Source: an uncultured archaeon
GTDB taxonomy: Archaea > Aenigmatarchaeota > Aenigmatarchaeia > QMZP01 > JAFGSV01
Direction: 5' to 3'
Assembly (NCBI GenBank): GCA_964611445.1
Contig: CAZSYZ010000004.1
Location: 1 to 33,016, forward strand
DNA length: 33,016 bases
This document shows, in pieces, positions 1-8,681 of this stretch. The notes below the pieces were generated by a model that worked only from the letters and a program-made list of their open reading frames with translations, had not been told where the DNA came from and did no database searches. Made by a program: the position numbers and the translations under genes. Each line of letters starts with the position of its first letter. Within the stretch, counting starts at the first letter, position 1.

Positions 1-528
1 TCCGATCTCCCTTATCCAGACCTGCTCCAGGAACCTGTACCCGAGCCTGTCCCTGAACTCGATTACCGGATGCCTGTGGCCCGCTATCATGTACCTGCAT
101 TTGAGGAAGGAAGGATTGGGCCACGTGTGGCCGTGGGTGAAGTATATCCCGCCATCGGGGAAACCCATTGCCTTGTGTACCTTCACGTTCTTCGGGAGCA
201 GCTTTTCCACGCCACCGTCGTGGTTGCCCAGGACGACGTGGACCTCGGCCATATCAGAAAAATGGCCGAAGAATTCCGGTATCTCCCTGAGCTCCTGAAA
301 CGACGTGCCTGGGACCTCATGCTTTATGTCGCCGAGCACCACGAGCCTTTCGGGTTCCGTTTCCTTCATGATATCTTCCAGGGAACCTATCATCTTCCCC
401 ATGGCCGAAGGCATCTTTATCCCCGACCTCCTGAAGTCGCGCTCGACCCCCAGGTGCAGGTCCGCTATGACAAGCGTTTTTCCGGCCACCAGCGCGGGCC
501 TGTCCGTGACGAACTTGACAGAATTCAT
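1..528 (-). CDS. Calcineurin-like metallophosphoesterase (archaeal SbcD/Mre11-related phosphoesterase type); C-terminal part runs off the window
   Basis: Absent from the ORF track because it is open to the window edge. Reverse-strand ATG at 528-526 gives MNSVKFVTDRPALVAGKTLVIADLHLGVERDF..LVVLGDIKHE..VVLGNHDG..YFTHGHTW. These are the DxH, GD, GNHD and GH metallophosphoesterase motifs in canonical order. The + strand ORFs 70-558, 89-298 and 305-607 are antisense shadows. Confidence 0.75.
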   Translation of the reverse strand, partial: MNSVKFVTDRPALVAGKTLVIADLHLGVERDFRRSGIKMPSAMGKMIGSLEDIMKETEPERLVVLGDIKHEVPGTSFQELREIPEFFGHFSDMAEVHVVLGNHDGGVEKLLPKNVKVHKAMGFPDGGIYFTHGHTWPNPSFLKCRYMIAGHRHPVIEFRDRLGYRFLEQVWIREIG

Positions 529-558
529 GTTAAAAACAAGAATGCAAAAGCTTTATAA

Positions 559-1734
559 ATGCTGTTTTTATATATTAATTACTATAAAGTGGTTAATGTG
601 TTATTGAGAGAGGATTACGGAATAGTATCCAGAAGCGAGAAGGATTTCAGGAGGGGCGCCACATACCCGAAGACTGGAAGAGAATTCGTATACTCAGGTC
701 CCACAAACGAGATGATTTCATACATTTCCGAGATAGACAGGCATGTTGAAGGGGGGAGAATATCCCAGGCGCTGCTAGAGAAGTACGAAAAGGGCTCGAT
801 ACTGCACGTTTTCTACAAAAACGGTGATGAGGATAAAGTTGCGGTCATAATCAATGGAATAACAGGCATGATACCGTTTAAGAACGATGAGGAAGTCGGC
901 GACTTCGGACGCAACAAAAGTGAGTACCGCAAAGGCACCCTCCTGAAGGATATATGCAAGAAGAGCCAGAAGACGAGAATTCCCGTTATATATCATCAGG
1001 CTGAAATGACCCCGATAGACCACGGTTTCAGGGAATGTGAATACCCGCTTCTTGGCCTGCTCACGGAAATAACGAAGCAACTGGATGAGGACAGCTATCT
1101 GCTTGTTGGCGATACCGCGCCGTGCTTCTATTTCGACAGCAAGTACAGCGGTAAGAGGGCCTTCGTGAGCGATTTCGATTTCGTGTTCAGGGACGACCCC
1201 AAGAGCATGTCAGACATATTCGGGACGGTCTACAACTCGCCTCTTATAAGGCGGGAAAGGACAAGAACAGTCTTGGGTACTGCGACGAGGAGAGATGAGA
1301 TAGAGTTCGACAATTATCCGAGATACCTGTCAGAAAAAGAACCTTTTGACAACTGCTGCCTTTTCCATGAAACCATAGGGCCTATAAAGGTCCAGCCAAA
1401 GAGCTTTGGAAAAAGCAATTTTCTTGTCGCGACTGAAAGCGGGGTATCCCCCGTTTCAGTTGCCGAGCCGCCTCTGATAGCCGCAACCATGGGAAACCCG
1501 CGCTCTTATCTGAAGAAGAGGAGAATGTTCATCCAGCACATGATAAGAAGCTTTGAGCCGGGAGATGCGCAGATGATAGGCGAGGCCACGAAGGAGTACT
1601 TCAGGGAGGCCATTTCAGCAGGAAGGCTCAGCATAGACGACTTTGAGTACCCTCTCAGGGATTTCTCGATAATAGCCAGAAAAACAGGAGACCAAAGCCT
1701 TCAGAGATTCGTTAAGGCAGCTTACAACGTTTAG
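559..1734 (+). CDS. Hypothetical protein; true start probably downstream (GTG 598 or ATG 712)
   Basis: Long ORF with protein-like composition, convergent with the transglutaminase-like gene. AT-rich TATA-like boxes at about 549-577 argue for a start after 590. No family recognised. The segment LLVGDTAPCFYFDSKYSGKRAFVSDFDFVF faintly resembles the GGT..(x)n..R.S.D.DF signature of DUF1814/AbiEii nucleotidyltransferases. Confidence 0.6.
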   Translation: MLFLYINYYKVVNVLLREDYGIVSRSEKDFRRGATYPKTGREFVYSGPTNEMISYISEIDRHVEGGRISQALLEKYEKGSILHVFYKNGDEDKVAVIINGITGMIPFKNDEEVGDFGRNKSEYRKGTLLKDICKKSQKTRIPVIYHQAEMTPIDHGFRECEYPLLGLLTEITKQLDEDSYLLVGDTAPCFYFDSKYSGKRAFVSDFDFVFRDDPKSMSDIFGTVYNSPLIRRERTRTVLGTATRRDEIEFDNYPRYLSEKEPFDNCCLFHETIGPIKVQPKSFGKSNFLVATESGVSPVSVAEPPLIAATMGNPRSYLKKRRMFIQHMIRSFEPGDAQMIGEATKEYFREAISAGRLSIDDFEYPLRDFSIIARKTGDQSLQRFVKAAYNV

Positions 1735-3629
1735 CCGCCGAAAAGGCTTCTGAAAAAGTCGAGTATGGCCATTATTATCGCCTCGATGCCATCGGAGACC
1801 TCTTCCTTCAGCGTCTGGGTCCTGTACACTTCTACATTACCTGACCATCCGTCCTTGTATATGCCCTTGCTGTTCAGGAGCGACACCATGACGCTTTTCG
1901 TGCCCTCTGTCTCCGAAGTGAACTCGAATCCCACTGTGCTTTCGGATTCCTTCCCCACGGTCACGCTCTTGGTCTCGGTGTTCCCTTCGAACTGGAATGT
2001 GACGGACCCCGTCGTCTCCTCCCCCGTGTTGAACACGGTGACGTTCAGGAGGCCGTATGTTCCCGCCTCGATAGATTTCGTCATCTTTATCTCGGTTATC
2101 TTCAGCTTCCTGTCGCTGATGACGGTTATAGTCTCGCTCCTGAGGTCGCCGCTGCTTGCGAAGACGCTCAGGTCGTATTCGCCGGGCGACTCCGGTGCCG
2201 TGAACGTGAAGCTGGCTTCGCCGCTTTCCCCGTGTTTGAGGCTCAGGTCACGCTCCTCTATCTCATCCCCGAAAACCGCGAATACCCTTAGGTCCAGTTC
2301 TTTGAACCCGGCATTCCTCAGCCCGGTGGTGACGTCGATCTGCTGGCCGGGAATAACAATCTTCTGGCTCGATAAGGCCATGTCCACCGCGTCTCCGATG
2401 TCCGAGGTTATCGAGACGGACGCCTTGGCAGTCCCGCCGCCCCCCGCCGCGGTCACTGGGCAGGTATACTTGATCCCGCGCCTCACATGGGGCGTTTCCC
2501 CGAACCAGAAGAACCTCGCGCTGTCGCAGAAGGACACTGCCTGCTTTGTCTTCTCGATGCCGATGAGGCTGCTTCCCCCATCGTCCACGCAGCTGGCGAT
2601 GCGCAGGTTGGTCGCTACGCATCCCTCTGCTTCCATGTCCGCTATGATCATGACGCTCTTCCCGCCGACCACGGATTCGGGAACGGCTTCAAGGACGGTC
2701 GTGATTCTGGGACTTTCCCTGTACTCTACAATCTCCAGCCTCGTTTCTTCCTTTTCCCATCCTATCGATACGTCCCTGCTCTTCACCTCGGTGTGCTCGG
2801 TGAAATTCGAGTCGGGAAGCTTTGCGAACGTGACGTGCGTCGCGTCCACGGGGGATTCGGCCCACGTGGGGTCGAAGCTGTGCGTCTTCCCCAGAAGCCT
2901 TGCCTCCACCCATGCGTGCGGGCCGAACGATTCGCCCCCTTCCTGCTTGCCTCCGAGGTAGGCGTAGCCCGCGACGTACCAGGCGTCGTAGTCGAGCGTC
3001 CTCAGCATGGAAAGCAGCAGGTTGGAGAACTCGTCGCAGGTTCCCCTGCCTTCATCGAAGACCCACGCCGCCGGGAACGCCTCCTTCTCGCATGAAAGGT
3101 CGTAATCCACGTATTCGTTGACCCAGTTGCTCAGCAGCAGCATGCCCAGGATGCTCTTCTCGGACCCGCCCGCGTTGTACGCGGCCTCCATTATGCCCTG
3201 AGAAGGATGGATGACGGAAGTAACGGGGAAGTCCCTCACGTCGCCGCTGGACTTGGACTCGACCTCGACAACCGTCTCGACGAGGTAGTCTATCTCGCTG
3301 TCGAGCCTCGGCCTTCCCCAGTGCAGGACTATCTGCCTGTTCCCGTAGCCGTCGTCGTCGAAATCATAATCGTCAGGCCCGATGACCTTGCTCACGGTCA
3401 CGCTCTGCCTGCCGTTCTCCTGCGGTATGTAGAGCCTGAGCGAAAGCTCTTGGGCCGTGGCATGCGGTGATCCCGAGTTCAGCGTTATGTGGCCCGACTG
3501 CATCACCTCAGCCTTCATGTAGGTTACGTTCTCGGGATCGCTTATGACCTGCGCGGAACAGGTGACAGATATAAGCGCGAGTGCCGAAAAAACGACAATC
3601 GTCAACGATGCCAGAGGACGTCCATTCAT
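1731..3629 (-). CDS. Secreted transglutaminase-like (Cys-His-Asp) protein with C-terminal Ig-like repeats and a hydrophobic C-terminus
   Basis: N-terminal signal-like MNGRPLASLTIVVFSALALISVTCSAQ. Transglutaminase core GRGTCDEFSNLLLSML..YVAGY..GPHAWVEARL..SFDPTW. The C-terminal half is beta-rich, repetitive and CARDB-like, ending in a hydrophobic tail. Confidence 0.8.
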   Translation of the reverse strand: MNGRPLASLTIVVFSALALISVTCSAQVISDPENVTYMKAEVMQSGHITLNSGSPHATAQELSLRLYIPQENGRQSVTVSKVIGPDDYDFDDDGYGNRQIVLHWGRPRLDSEIDYLVETVVEVESKSSGDVRDFPVTSVIHPSQGIMEAAYNAGGSEKSILGMLLLSNWVNEYVDYDLSCEKEAFPAAWVFDEGRGTCDEFSNLLLSMLRTLDYDAWYVAGYAYLGGKQEGGESFGPHAWVEARLLGKTHSFDPTWAESPVDATHVTFAKLPDSNFTEHTEVKSRDVSIGWEKEETRLEIVEYRESPRITTVLEAVPESVVGGKSVMIIADMEAEGCVATNLRIASCVDDGGSSLIGIEKTKQAVSFCDSARFFWFGETPHVRRGIKYTCPVTAAGGGGTAKASVSITSDIGDAVDMALSSQKIVIPGQQIDVTTGLRNAGFKELDLRVFAVFGDEIEERDLSLKHGESGEASFTFTAPESPGEYDLSVFASSGDLRSETITVISDRKLKITEIKMTKSIEAGTYGLLNVTVFNTGEETTGSVTFQFEGNTETKSVTVGKESESTVGFEFTSETEGTKSVMVSLLNSKGIYKDGWSGNVEVYRTQTLKEEVSDGIEAIIMAILDFFRSLFGG

Positions 3630-3650
3630 ATTAATAATGGGTCCCGCGGC

Positions 3651-4019
3651 CTATTTATTGTTAAAGTCTACTACTTTTACTTTTCTATTTTTATTCTCTA
3701 TATCCGCTATTAAGTCGGACGAGCAAGCGGGATAAAAATCGTGCACATGTATTCTCTGACCGCCGTCTTCTCCGGGAGGTTGTTCTACATGTTCTGCATG
3801 CTGTATCGTATCTATTCCAAAAAATGTTTTAAACACGAGGTTAAGATATTCCGTGCCGTCTGGCACTTTATTTTGGTCTGTGACTATTGCAACATTCTTG
3901 CCTTTCTTTTCCAGGATAGTGAGCAAGACAGCGTCATATATCTTTTCATCTTTAAGCTCAGAAGGCCTGACCGACCTGTGAATGTATTCAACTCTTCCGG
4001 TGTACGTTTTTATAGGCAT
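3651..4019 (-). CDS. Hypothetical protein (122 aa)
   Basis: ORF in an AT-rich patch directly upstream of, and co-directional with, the transglutaminase-like gene. No recognisable motif. Confidence 0.4.
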   Translation of the reverse strand: MPIKTYTGRVEYIHRSVRPSELKDEKIYDAVLLTILEKKGKNVAIVTDQNKVPDGTEYLNLVFKTFFGIDTIQHAEHVEQPPGEDGGQRIHVHDFYPACSSDLIADIENKNRKVKVVDFNNK

Positions 4020-4132
4020 AGAAATAATCTATCGTAGCACATTTATAAAGCTTTCGTATATTACCACTGATAAATAGTTACATAAACCAGAATATTGGGT
4101 TAAAATTTAAATCACCTCTCTCATTCTTTGTT

Positions 4133-5080
4133 ATGTCTATGCAGGTTTGGACCGAGAAGTACAGGCCGGAAAAGCTCAGCGAAATCGTGAACCAGAAGCA
4201 CGTCGTCGACAGGCTCAAGGCATGGGTGAAGGAAGGCAGCGTGCCGAACATGCTTTTCGCCGGTCCCGCGGGCACGGGTAAGACGACCGCGGCGCTCTGC
4301 CTTGCCAGGGAGCTGTTCGGGGAGCACTGGAGGGAGAACTTCCAGGAGACCAACGCGAGCGACGAGAGAGGGATAGACGTCGTCAGGGGAAGGATAAAGA
4401 GCTTCGCCATGACGAAGCCCCTGGGGAGCGAGTTCAAGATTATTTTCCTCGACGAGTCCGACTCGCTCACGCCGGAGGCGCAGCAGGCGCTCAGGAGGAC
4501 CATGGAGAAATACTCCGAAGTCTGCCGGTTTATTCTCAGTTGTAACTATTCCAGCAGAATCATCGAGCCCCTCCAGTCCAGATGTTCGGTATTCAGGTTC
4601 CAGCGCCTCGGGGAGGGCGACGTAAGGAAGTACGCTGGCCGCATCGCGGAGAAGGAGAAGATGAGGATGACCGAGGACGCTTACAAAGCCGTGTTCGAGG
4701 TGAGCGAGGGAGACCTGAGAAAGGCCACGAACATACTCCAGGCGTGCTCGACCCTGGAGAAGATAGACAGGGACGGCGTTTACGGCATGGTCTCGAAGGT
4801 CAAGCCCGAGGACATCGAAAAGATGGTCGAGAGCGCGCTCGCCGGGAAATTCGGCGAGGCAAGGAAGGAGCTTTACGCGCTGACGATAGAGAGGGCGCTC
4901 TCGGCGGAGGACATAATCAGGGCCGTCCACGGCCACATATTCCGGATGGAAATGGACGAGAGGAAGAGGCTTTCGCTGGTCGAGATACTGGGGGAATACG
5001 AGTTCAGGCTCAACCAGGGCGCGACGCCGGAAGTGCAGCTGGAGGCCATGCTGGCCCAGTTCATGAAAGCGGGCTCCTGA
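4133..5080 (+). CDS. rfcS: Replication factor C small subunit (clamp loader)
   Basis: WTEKYRPEKLSEIVNQ box, Walker A FAGPAGTGKTT, Walker B IIFLDESDSLT, SRC motif QSRCSVFRF. Confidence 0.95.
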   Translation: MSMQVWTEKYRPEKLSEIVNQKHVVDRLKAWVKEGSVPNMLFAGPAGTGKTTAALCLARELFGEHWRENFQETNASDERGIDVVRGRIKSFAMTKPLGSEFKIIFLDESDSLTPEAQQALRRTMEKYSEVCRFILSCNYSSRIIEPLQSRCSVFRFQRLGEGDVRKYAGRIAEKEKMRMTEDAYKAVFEVSEGDLRKATNILQACSTLEKIDRDGVYGMVSKVKPEDIEKMVESALAGKFGEARKELYALTIERALSAEDIIRAVHGHIFRMEMDERKRLSLVEILGEYEFRLNQGATPEVQLEAMLAQFMKAGS

Positions 5081-5088
5081 TAATTCTT

Positions 5089-6231
5089 ATGATAATGAAA
5101 GAGAAGCCGGAATGGGCGGAACTGGCGACATTCGTGCCGAACAAGAAGCTCCCGGTCTACAACTGGTTCTACTACAAGGAGGGATTCAGCCGCGACCTCG
5201 TCTTCAGGCTGATTGAAAAGTTCAAGCTTGAGAAGGGTGACACGGTCCTCGACCCCTTCTGCGGCGCGGGCACCACACTGCTGGCATGCAGGCAGAAGGG
5301 ATTGGAGTCTGCCGGTTTCGACGTCCAGTCCTCCGCGGTCTTTGCAGCCACGGTCAAGACGAGGGATTACGACCTGAATGCTTTGGACGATGCCGGAAAG
5401 GAGCTGCTTAAGGCGAGGTTCGAGAAGCCGGACTGGGGCACGACAAGTGCATTCGTCAGGCGCGCCTTCAACGGCCACACCCTGGACGACGTGCTCTTCT
5501 TCAGGGACAGGATAATGCAGGTACGCGACAACGCCGTGCGAGACTTCCTGATGCTGGCCCTCATCAACGTCACCATGAAGTGCAGCTACGCATGGAAGGA
5601 CGGCGCCGTCATCAAAATCAGGAAGCATCCGGTCCCGCCTCTGAGGAAGCTCCTGAAGAGGCAGCTAAGATACATGCTCAGGGACGTCAAAGGCTTCAGA
5701 TGCACGGAAGCCGGATGCAGGGTCGGCTTCGGTGACGCGAGGAAGATGAAGCTTCCCGACTCCTCCGTGGACGCCGTCATAACTTCACCGCCTTACCTCA
5801 ACAAGATAGAATACGCGAAAATCTATTCCATAGAGGACGAGCTTTTCTTCTCAGGCATGGGGCTGACGCCGCTGCGCTCGCACATAGGCATGGACCCGGA
5901 GAAGGCGCTTGCAGAAAAAAGCAAACTGGAAGACATAACGGATGTAAGCGGTTTCAACCCCCAGGCAACGGCCTACTTCAGCGACATGCATGAGGTCATA
6001 AAGGAGCTCCGCCGCGTCTGCAGGGACGGCGCGAAGCTCGGTATCGTCGTGGGCAACGGATGCTTCCCCGACGGCGTCGTAGATTCGGACGTTATACTCA
6101 GCAGGATGGCGGAGCATGCGGGATTCAAGGCCAGTGAATTGCTTGTGCTCAACAAGCGCTGGTGCACCAGGAACCGCGTGGAGAAGGTCGGAATCACGAG
6201 GGAGAGCCTGCTGTTGTGGGAAACAGCTTAA
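5089..6231 (+). CDS. SAM-dependent N6-adenine/N4-cytosine-type methyltransferase, motif I before motif IV; no adjacent recognisable endonuclease
   Basis: ATG at 5089 (MIMKEKPEW) lies just after the rfcS stop. The part of track ORF 4582-6231 upstream of it overlaps rfcS out of frame. Motif I is GDTVLDPFCGAGTTLLAC near the N-terminus. Motif IV is DAVITSPPYLNKIEY about 170 aa later, so the target-recognition region lies between them. Confidence 0.8.
   Translation: MIMKEKPEWAELATFVPNKKLPVYNWFYYKEGFSRDLVFRLIEKFKLEKGDTVLDPFCGAGTTLLACRQKGLESAGFDVQSSAVFAATVKTRDYDLNALDDAGKELLKARFEKPDWGTTSAFVRRAFNGHTLDDVLFFRDRIMQVRDNAVRDFLMLALINVTMKCSYAWKDGAVIKIRKHPVPPLRKLLKRQLRYMLRDVKGFRCTEAGCRVGFGDARKMKLPDSSVDAVITSPPYLNKIEYAKIYSIEDELFFSGMGLTPLRSHIGMDPEKALAEKSKLEDITDVSGFNPQATAYFSDMHEVIKELRRVCRDGAKLGIVVGNGCFPDGVVDSDVILSRMAEHAGFKASELLVLNKRWCTRNRVEKVGITRESLLLWETA
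6169..6197 (+). repeat. Direct repeat core, copy A (inside the live methyltransferase tail)
   Basis: AGGAACCGCGTGGAGAAGGTCGGAATCAC is identical to 7315-7343 by manual alignment. Weaker co-linear similarity extends over about 6148-6231. Confidence 0.9.
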
Positions 6232-6310
6232 TTTGCCCTAATAATCGGAAAAATCGAGTATTACTCGGAAAAAACGATATATATTTAAAGCGTTATTCCT
6301 ATTACTAGTC

Positions 6311-6922
6311 ATGATTGTAGAAAAAGTCCTAGGTTCGAAATCAAAAATATCCATACTCAGAATATTCCACGGTCATCCAAAAAAAGAGTTTTGCCTGGAG
6401 GATATGAGGAAGATTCTAAAACGTTCAACCGGAACGATCCATCCGCCACTTTCCGAACTATCCGATTCGGGAATCCTCAATGCGAGGCGTATAGGCCGCA
6501 CGACTTTGTACAAATTGAACGAAGACCATCCTTTCGTGATTGCTTTCAGAAATATATTCAGGACAGAAAACGACTTCATGAGAAAAGCCGCAAAGGATTT
6601 TGTCAAAAAAATGCCCAAGGAAGGTATAATTTCGGTGATACTCTTCGGTTCTGTCGCTAGAGACGAGTCCGTGGCCGGAAGCGATGTAGACCTGCTGGTG
6701 ATATATTCCAAAAAACGAAAGAATGTTGAGGATAGTGTGAGCAGAATAGCGGAGGATTATTTGAAGAATGGTATACACATTTCTCCTGTATTTTACTCGC
6801 GTACGGAAATTGTTAACATGGAAAGAAAATACAACAGCTTTTTGATAAGGGTTCAGGATGAAGGGAATGTTCTTTATGGGATTCCGATAAGGAGCATTTT
6901 GCATGGCAAGAAACGTGAATAA
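6311..6922 (+). CDS. Winged-helix + minimal nucleotidyltransferase (MNT) domain protein, antitoxin-type partner of HEPN
   Basis: N-terminal wHTH-like region (SILRIFHGHPKKEFCLEDMRKIL..GILNARRIGRTTLYKL). Pol-beta type NTase signature ILFGSVARDESVAGSDVDLLVIY. Overlaps the downstream HEPN gene by 20 nt. Confidence 0.85.
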   Translation: MIVEKVLGSKSKISILRIFHGHPKKEFCLEDMRKILKRSTGTIHPPLSELSDSGILNARRIGRTTLYKLNEDHPFVIAFRNIFRTENDFMRKAAKDFVKKMPKEGIISVILFGSVARDESVAGSDVDLLVIYSKKRKNVEDSVSRIAEDYLKNGIHISPVFYSRTEIVNMERKYNSFLIRVQDEGNVLYGIPIRSILHGKKRE

Positions 6923-7289
6923 AGTCGAAGCTGGAAATTACCTGAACAAGGCCTGTGAATTTCTTGATGAAGCGAGAGACGCGATGCTCAAGTCACGCTT
7001 CACAGCTGCCGCCTTCAACTCAATACAGGCGATAATCAACGCGAACGACGCCTTGACGATAGCTGTCAGCGGCATAAGGGCATCAAAGGATCACAGGGAA
7101 GCTGTCAGGACGCACACGGAGACCGTCAGTGTTATGGGAGACAGTTCGGGTAAACAGATTCTCGTAAAGGCATTGAATCTCAGGTCAGAAATAGGTTATT
7201 CAGGAAGGCCCGCCTCTAAAGCGCAAGCTGACGCGCTTCTGAAGGACGCTGTCAGGTTCATTGAGTGGGTCAAAAGATACGCCGAATAG
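6903..7289 (+). CDS. HEPN domain protein (toxin-type partner of MNT)
   Basis: All-helical 128 aa protein with Rx4H motif RASKDH. It is translationally coupled to the NTase gene, the classic MNT-HEPN pair layout. Confidence 0.8.
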   Translation: MARNVNKVEAGNYLNKACEFLDEARDAMLKSRFTAAAFNSIQAIINANDALTIAVSGIRASKDHREAVRTHTETVSVMGDSSGKQILVKALNLRSEIGYSGRPASKAQADALLKDAVRFIEWVKRYAE

Positions 7290-7293
7290 TCCC

Positions 7294-7377
7294 TTCATAC
7301 AAGCCAGATGTACGAGGAACCGCGTGGAGAAGGTCGGAATCACTAGGTAGAGACTCCTCATCTGGGGGAAGTTGTAA
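7294..7377 (+). pseudogene. Displaced, decaying copy of the methyltransferase 3' end
   Basis: Reads ..RCTRNRVEKVGITR*RLLIWGKL* against the live tail ..WCTRNRVEKVGITRESLLLWETA*. TAG at 7348-7350 replaces GAG at 6202-6204. Contains the 29 nt identical core at 7315-7343. Confidence 0.75.
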
Positions 7378-7439
7378 ATACTACCACGGGGCCATCAAAA
7401 GTACAAAGGTTTAAAAAACATACCATTTTTTAATAGTGC

Positions 7440-8081
7440 ATGAGGACATTCAAGGACATCTCATTCGAGTGGAAGGACTACAAATTTGACCTGACGATAT
7501 CTGAAGATAGATTCGCACGTGTTTCAGGATCGTTTTTGGGATACGAAGATGGGACAATAGCCAAAAGTGCTGCGGCCATGGCTTTGAATGCCGTGGTTAA
7601 TAACCGACGCGGTTCTCCCGAAATAAATAGCGCGACATTTGAAAAAATAATGAAAGAAACCGGCTCTAGCAGGGCTGCTATTCTGGATGCCCATGGAGAC
7701 ACTTTCGAGAAAAAATGGTATTACAGTGACAAAAGGACGGAAGGTCCGGAAGACCGGATGTATGGTGACTGGAAATATAAAATTGATAAAAGCGAGGTTA
7801 CATTCAACGGTGAAAAGATATCTATTTGCCAATTCAAGGAGATTCCTGGCGGGTTCATCTTTCCTGCAAAAGAGGGGATTATGGAGATTCATCCCCTTGA
7901 TTACTGGATAGACAAACAAGAAGATATGGGTTATGGAGCATTGATATTTCATTCGTGCAATCCGGATGGGCACGAACCCGTAGTGAAGGGCACGCCTATT
8001 TTTTACGTGCATGGCGATATCGGACTGCTTGGAAAGTACAAAACAAAGATACTATCCCCTGTTGGAATCGATTTAAAGTGA
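7440..8081 (+). CDS. Hypothetical protein (213 aa)
   Basis: Clean ORF with a TATA-like box (GGTTTAAAAAAC) upstream. AT-richer than the backbone, no recognisable motif. Its stop abuts the isf stop on the other strand. Confidence 0.55.
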   Translation: MRTFKDISFEWKDYKFDLTISEDRFARVSGSFLGYEDGTIAKSAAAMALNAVVNNRRGSPEINSATFEKIMKETGSSRAAILDAHGDTFEKKWYYSDKRTEGPEDRMYGDWKYKIDKSEVTFNGEKISICQFKEIPGGFIFPAKEGIMEIHPLDYWIDKQEDMGYGALIFHSCNPDGHEPVVKGTPIFYVHGDIGLLGKYKTKILSPVGIDLK

Positions 8082-8663
8082 TTACTTCTTCAGCACCTCG
8101 GCTATCTTCATGCCGAGGTTCTCGCACGTCTCTATGCCGATCTTGTCGTCTTCCGGCCTGCTTCCGCGCGGGACCCATGCTATGCCTCCGAAATGGGCGG
8201 TGTCCTTGTCGGCCACGGTTATCATCTCGTGCAGGTGCATCCAGTTCATTATCTGCTGGCATACGAGTTCCTGCCCGCCGTTCCTGCTCGCGCCGACCGC
8301 TATGGCCCCGCCTACCGCCTTGCTGAGCATCCTGCCGTTCCTTCTGAGCGGGAAAGTCCTCTCGAAGAAATCCTTCAGCCTTCCGCTGACGAGCCCGAAA
8401 TAAACGGGGCTTGCCACTATCAGCGCGTCGGCGCCGGCCATCTTCCCGTATATTGCCTGCATGTCATCCTTCTGGCTGCATTCGAACCTCGTCTTGCAGA
8501 GGTCGCATGCGGTGCAGGGCTTTATGTCCTTGTCCCAGAGCGTGACCGCTTCCGTTTCAATTCCTTCCTTTTCGACAGCATCTAATGCCTTCCTGAGGAA
8601 GAACAGCGTCGTGCTTTCCTTCCTGTGCGAGCCGCATATTCCTAACACTTTCATGGCAACCAT
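8082..8663 (-). CDS. isf: Iron-sulfur flavoprotein / NADPH-dependent FMN reductase family
   Basis: Flavodoxin-like N-terminus MKVLGICGSHRK and compact cysteine cluster CTACDLCKTRFEC (Cx2Cx2Cx5C), typical of archaeal Isf. The start could instead be the second ATG at 8654. Confidence 0.85.
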   Translation of the reverse strand: MVAMKVLGICGSHRKESTTLFFLRKALDAVEKEGIETEAVTLWDKDIKPCTACDLCKTRFECSQKDDMQAIYGKMAGADALIVASPVYFGLVSGRLKDFFERTFPLRRNGRMLSKAVGGAIAVGASRNGGQELVCQQIMNWMHLHEMITVADKDTAHFGGIAWVPRGSRPEDDKIGIETCENLGMKIAEVLKK

Positions 8664-8681
8664 CTGATGAGCCCGAAGGGA

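Larger units (their letters stand above)
6232..7293 (+). mobile_element. Putative integrated ~1.06 kb MNT/HEPN toxin-antitoxin cassette lacking any recombinase gene
   Basis: AT-richer block lying exactly between the methyltransferase stop codon and a second, decayed copy of the methyltransferase tail. It contains only a TATA-rich leader and the two TA genes. Confidence 0.45.

Noticed and set aside
4582-5088. N-terminal 169 aa extension of the methyltransferase ORF
   Set aside because: It overlaps rfcS in another frame and is Arg/Gly/Glu-rich nonsense. A proper ATG with a methyltransferase-like N-terminus follows at 5089, right after the rfcS stop.
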